This document shows, piece after piece, positions 61,714-64,000 of a DNA stretch of 64,000 nucleotides; positions within the stretch are counted from its first letter, which is position 1; each line of letters opens with the position of its first letter. Where the stretch lies: positions 21,762,001 to 21,826,000 of the forward strand of contig OZ004614.1 of the NCBI GenBank assembly GCA_963924565.1, read 5' to 3'. A program made the position numbers and the translations under genes. The notes beneath the pieces are model-generated. The model made no database searches and had not been told where the DNA came from. It saw only the letters and a program-made list of their open reading frames with translations. The DNA comes from Ascidiella aspersa. Its lineage: Eukaryota.

Positions 61714-61973
61714 CAGACGTTTCGAATTTCCCTTTTGGCCTTCAGCGTTTTCGGAGCGGTCGACGCTCTGCCGCGAATCGTGGTCGAATCAGAGTGGCTT
61801 AAATTAGCTTGGGAACTAGATCTTTGCCGCGACGATTTTCTGAACTCGTACCGCAACAGACAAACCAAGATGTAGAGCTCCATAGCGGCGAAGATTAGGG
61901 ATGCAGCCTGGTGAAATCCCCACTCCCAAGATCCGTATGCTGGCTCGGTCACGTTAAATGTTGTGCCGTTCAT
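61714..61973 (-). CDS. Orphan seven-transmembrane (GPCR-like) protein, coding exon 1 (N-terminus, TM1, long ICL1)
   Basis: ATG at 61973; N-glycosylation sequons NGT/NVT; TM1; donor TG|gtaagc in phase 2 joining exon 2 in frame (1029 nt, 342 aa). Confidence 0.85.
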
Positions 61974-64000
61974 ATTGGCTTGTTCTTCGTCGCCTGACGG
62001 TCAGTAAGTTATAACAAGCAATATAAGAAGCAAACCCAGTTTCTGCTGGAACAATCTCAACAGCGGAAATTAACGAAAACTGAAAACTTCTTTAACCTAT
62101 CTTGCCGTTAAAAAGTCTGAAAATAAATATGAGTATAATTAGGGAAAGCAATTCCTTTGCAGAAAAACAATCCGAATTCGTCAAAAATCGGCTTTGAAAC
62201 ATTATCAAGGTAAAGTTGTTAGATTTATATATATTGGGCATATTGCGGATCGCATTAAATCTCTTAACTATGTTGTATATAACCTACAAATATTAGTGTT
62301 ATCAAGAATATACTTGCGCGATGTAAAAACTATTTTACGAATATGGTTGGCATTCGCGCTAATATCGAAGCATTCAAATGAATTATTCATCTCTTTTGCC
62401 GCCGAAATTCAATTTCATTTCATCAGCCTGCAAACTTTATCTATTCTTATTTAAATTACATGTAAACTGTCTTGTTCGTTGTCCAACAACTTCTGGTTGG
62501 CCTTAAGCCTTGCTCTTGAAGGTTACTAAGGCAACGTCATCTTCGTGATTGGAATTTCCGCTTTTGCTGAGGTCTCCCATATATTATCTTGTCATTATAC
62601 GGCAGTCCCTGAATCACGTTACGGGTATGGGCCGCCCAAAACAACACGTGTATTTGCTTGTGCACCTTTCTCCGTTTGAACTCTGAGTAAATATACTGGT
62701 CTGCGTTTTTCTTACTGCTGAGATACATGGCGATTGGGTTAAATCTTCTAACATAAAATAATATACAGAGACACTCTCAACTCTCCTCTTGTTTTAATAT
62801 GCTTGCGACCTGCCTTAAGGTTGTTACAACCTTACAACACTATTCATTTCTTCTTGTCTGAAAGAACGACTTAATTCGAATAAATGCTGATGTTTTTAAA
62901 TAGTTCGGCCACTTTATAGTCAACGCTGCGGGCGTTTGCTAAATTTCTTCTTCTTTTGGAAGCACGAAATGACGACGACACAGTGTCAGAATGATATCCG
63001 GAAAACGAACGCTGTGTCACTTAACGGCCCCATGAGTTCATCGAAAAATAATATAGTGAACCTATAAATTCTGCATAGAGAGTTTTCAGAGAGTCCGCTG
63101 AGCGGATGTCATGTCATAATGCCGTCAGCAAAGTAAATCTACGATTAAATTTATGCGTATATTCGGTTTATTACCCCGCTACGGTCAACACCGACTATCG
63201 ACTTTGCTAATTTTTTTATCTTTATTTAATATTGTTTTACCTATAGATAGACGTATTGAACATACGTAGCAATTATGTGTTAGGTAACTACAATAGCCAA
63301 AAAAAGAGAAAAATGATTTTGATTATTACATACCGTTTTCGTTTGTATATAAGGCTTTAATGAATATTTAGAATGCGATGAGTAGGGCGATTTTTTTTGA
63401 CTTGTCCAAAAAGGCAAACTTTTGTCAAAATTTCCACGTTTGGTCAAAATTTGTCAAAATTATTTCAAATCAAAATTGATTAGAAATACATTTAAATAGT
63501 TTTCAAAATTAAAAAAAAACTATAGTCAACTTTTTGAAATTGTCGTTTAGTTAAAGTTTTATCAGAAAAAACAACAACAACAAAAAACATCTAAAGCGTG
63601 TGATTTCAATTTTTTAGTTCACAATTTTTTATTTTTAGTTCAAAAAATAATCCCCTTGTAATTAAGCTATATATTTTTAATTCTGTTTGTAACATAAATG
63701 TAAACAGGGGCTGTAAATAAAAAAATCAGATATGACGTTGCAAAGCTAGGTCATAACATGACGTCGTGATACAAGTAACCTTAAGAAACTTCCTGTTTAT
63801 TGTTAAGCTCGTGCGCAAATGTGCAATAAAAAAAATCTTATATTATCTTCAAGCATATGTGTCGGCAACCTTTTTGCAATACTAACCGGGTTACAACTAA
63901 AATGTGGTCACAAACCGGCCTTCAAATACCAACAAATGTTCAGTAATAAGAATTCATTACAACGTTGATTCAATGAAAACCTTGAGCTTGTTTGGCTGCA

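Overview
Eukaryotic animal DNA, probably an ascidian/tunicate (inferred from the 7TM family type, intron style and MITE content; not proven). Main contents: (1) A minus-strand DUSP8/DUSP16-type MAP kinase phosphatase. Four exons are firm (14289-13937, 13262-13103, 12222-12099, 9910-8413) and a phase-compatible first coding exon is likely at 24281-24215, giving about 733 aa with no visible rhodanese domain. The gene sits in CpG-rich non-coding DNA dense in CRE/AP-1 words. (2) A 12.6-kb tandem array (33693-46313) of 16 minus-strand tRNA-Ala(AGC) genes, 15 full-length and 1 half-deleted, in ~2.45-kb units. (3) A Penelope-like retroelement fragment (NGYP + GIY-YIG + hammerhead) split by a 1.6-kb hAT-type element with an 8-bp TSD. 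(4) Two short fold-back elements built around Penelope-type minimal hammerhead motifs, one with an intact core. (5) Many hAT/Tc1-type MITEs. (6) A two-coding-exon, 342-aa orphan 7TM/GPCR-like gene on the minus strand. No CRISPR, rRNA or prokaryotic features.
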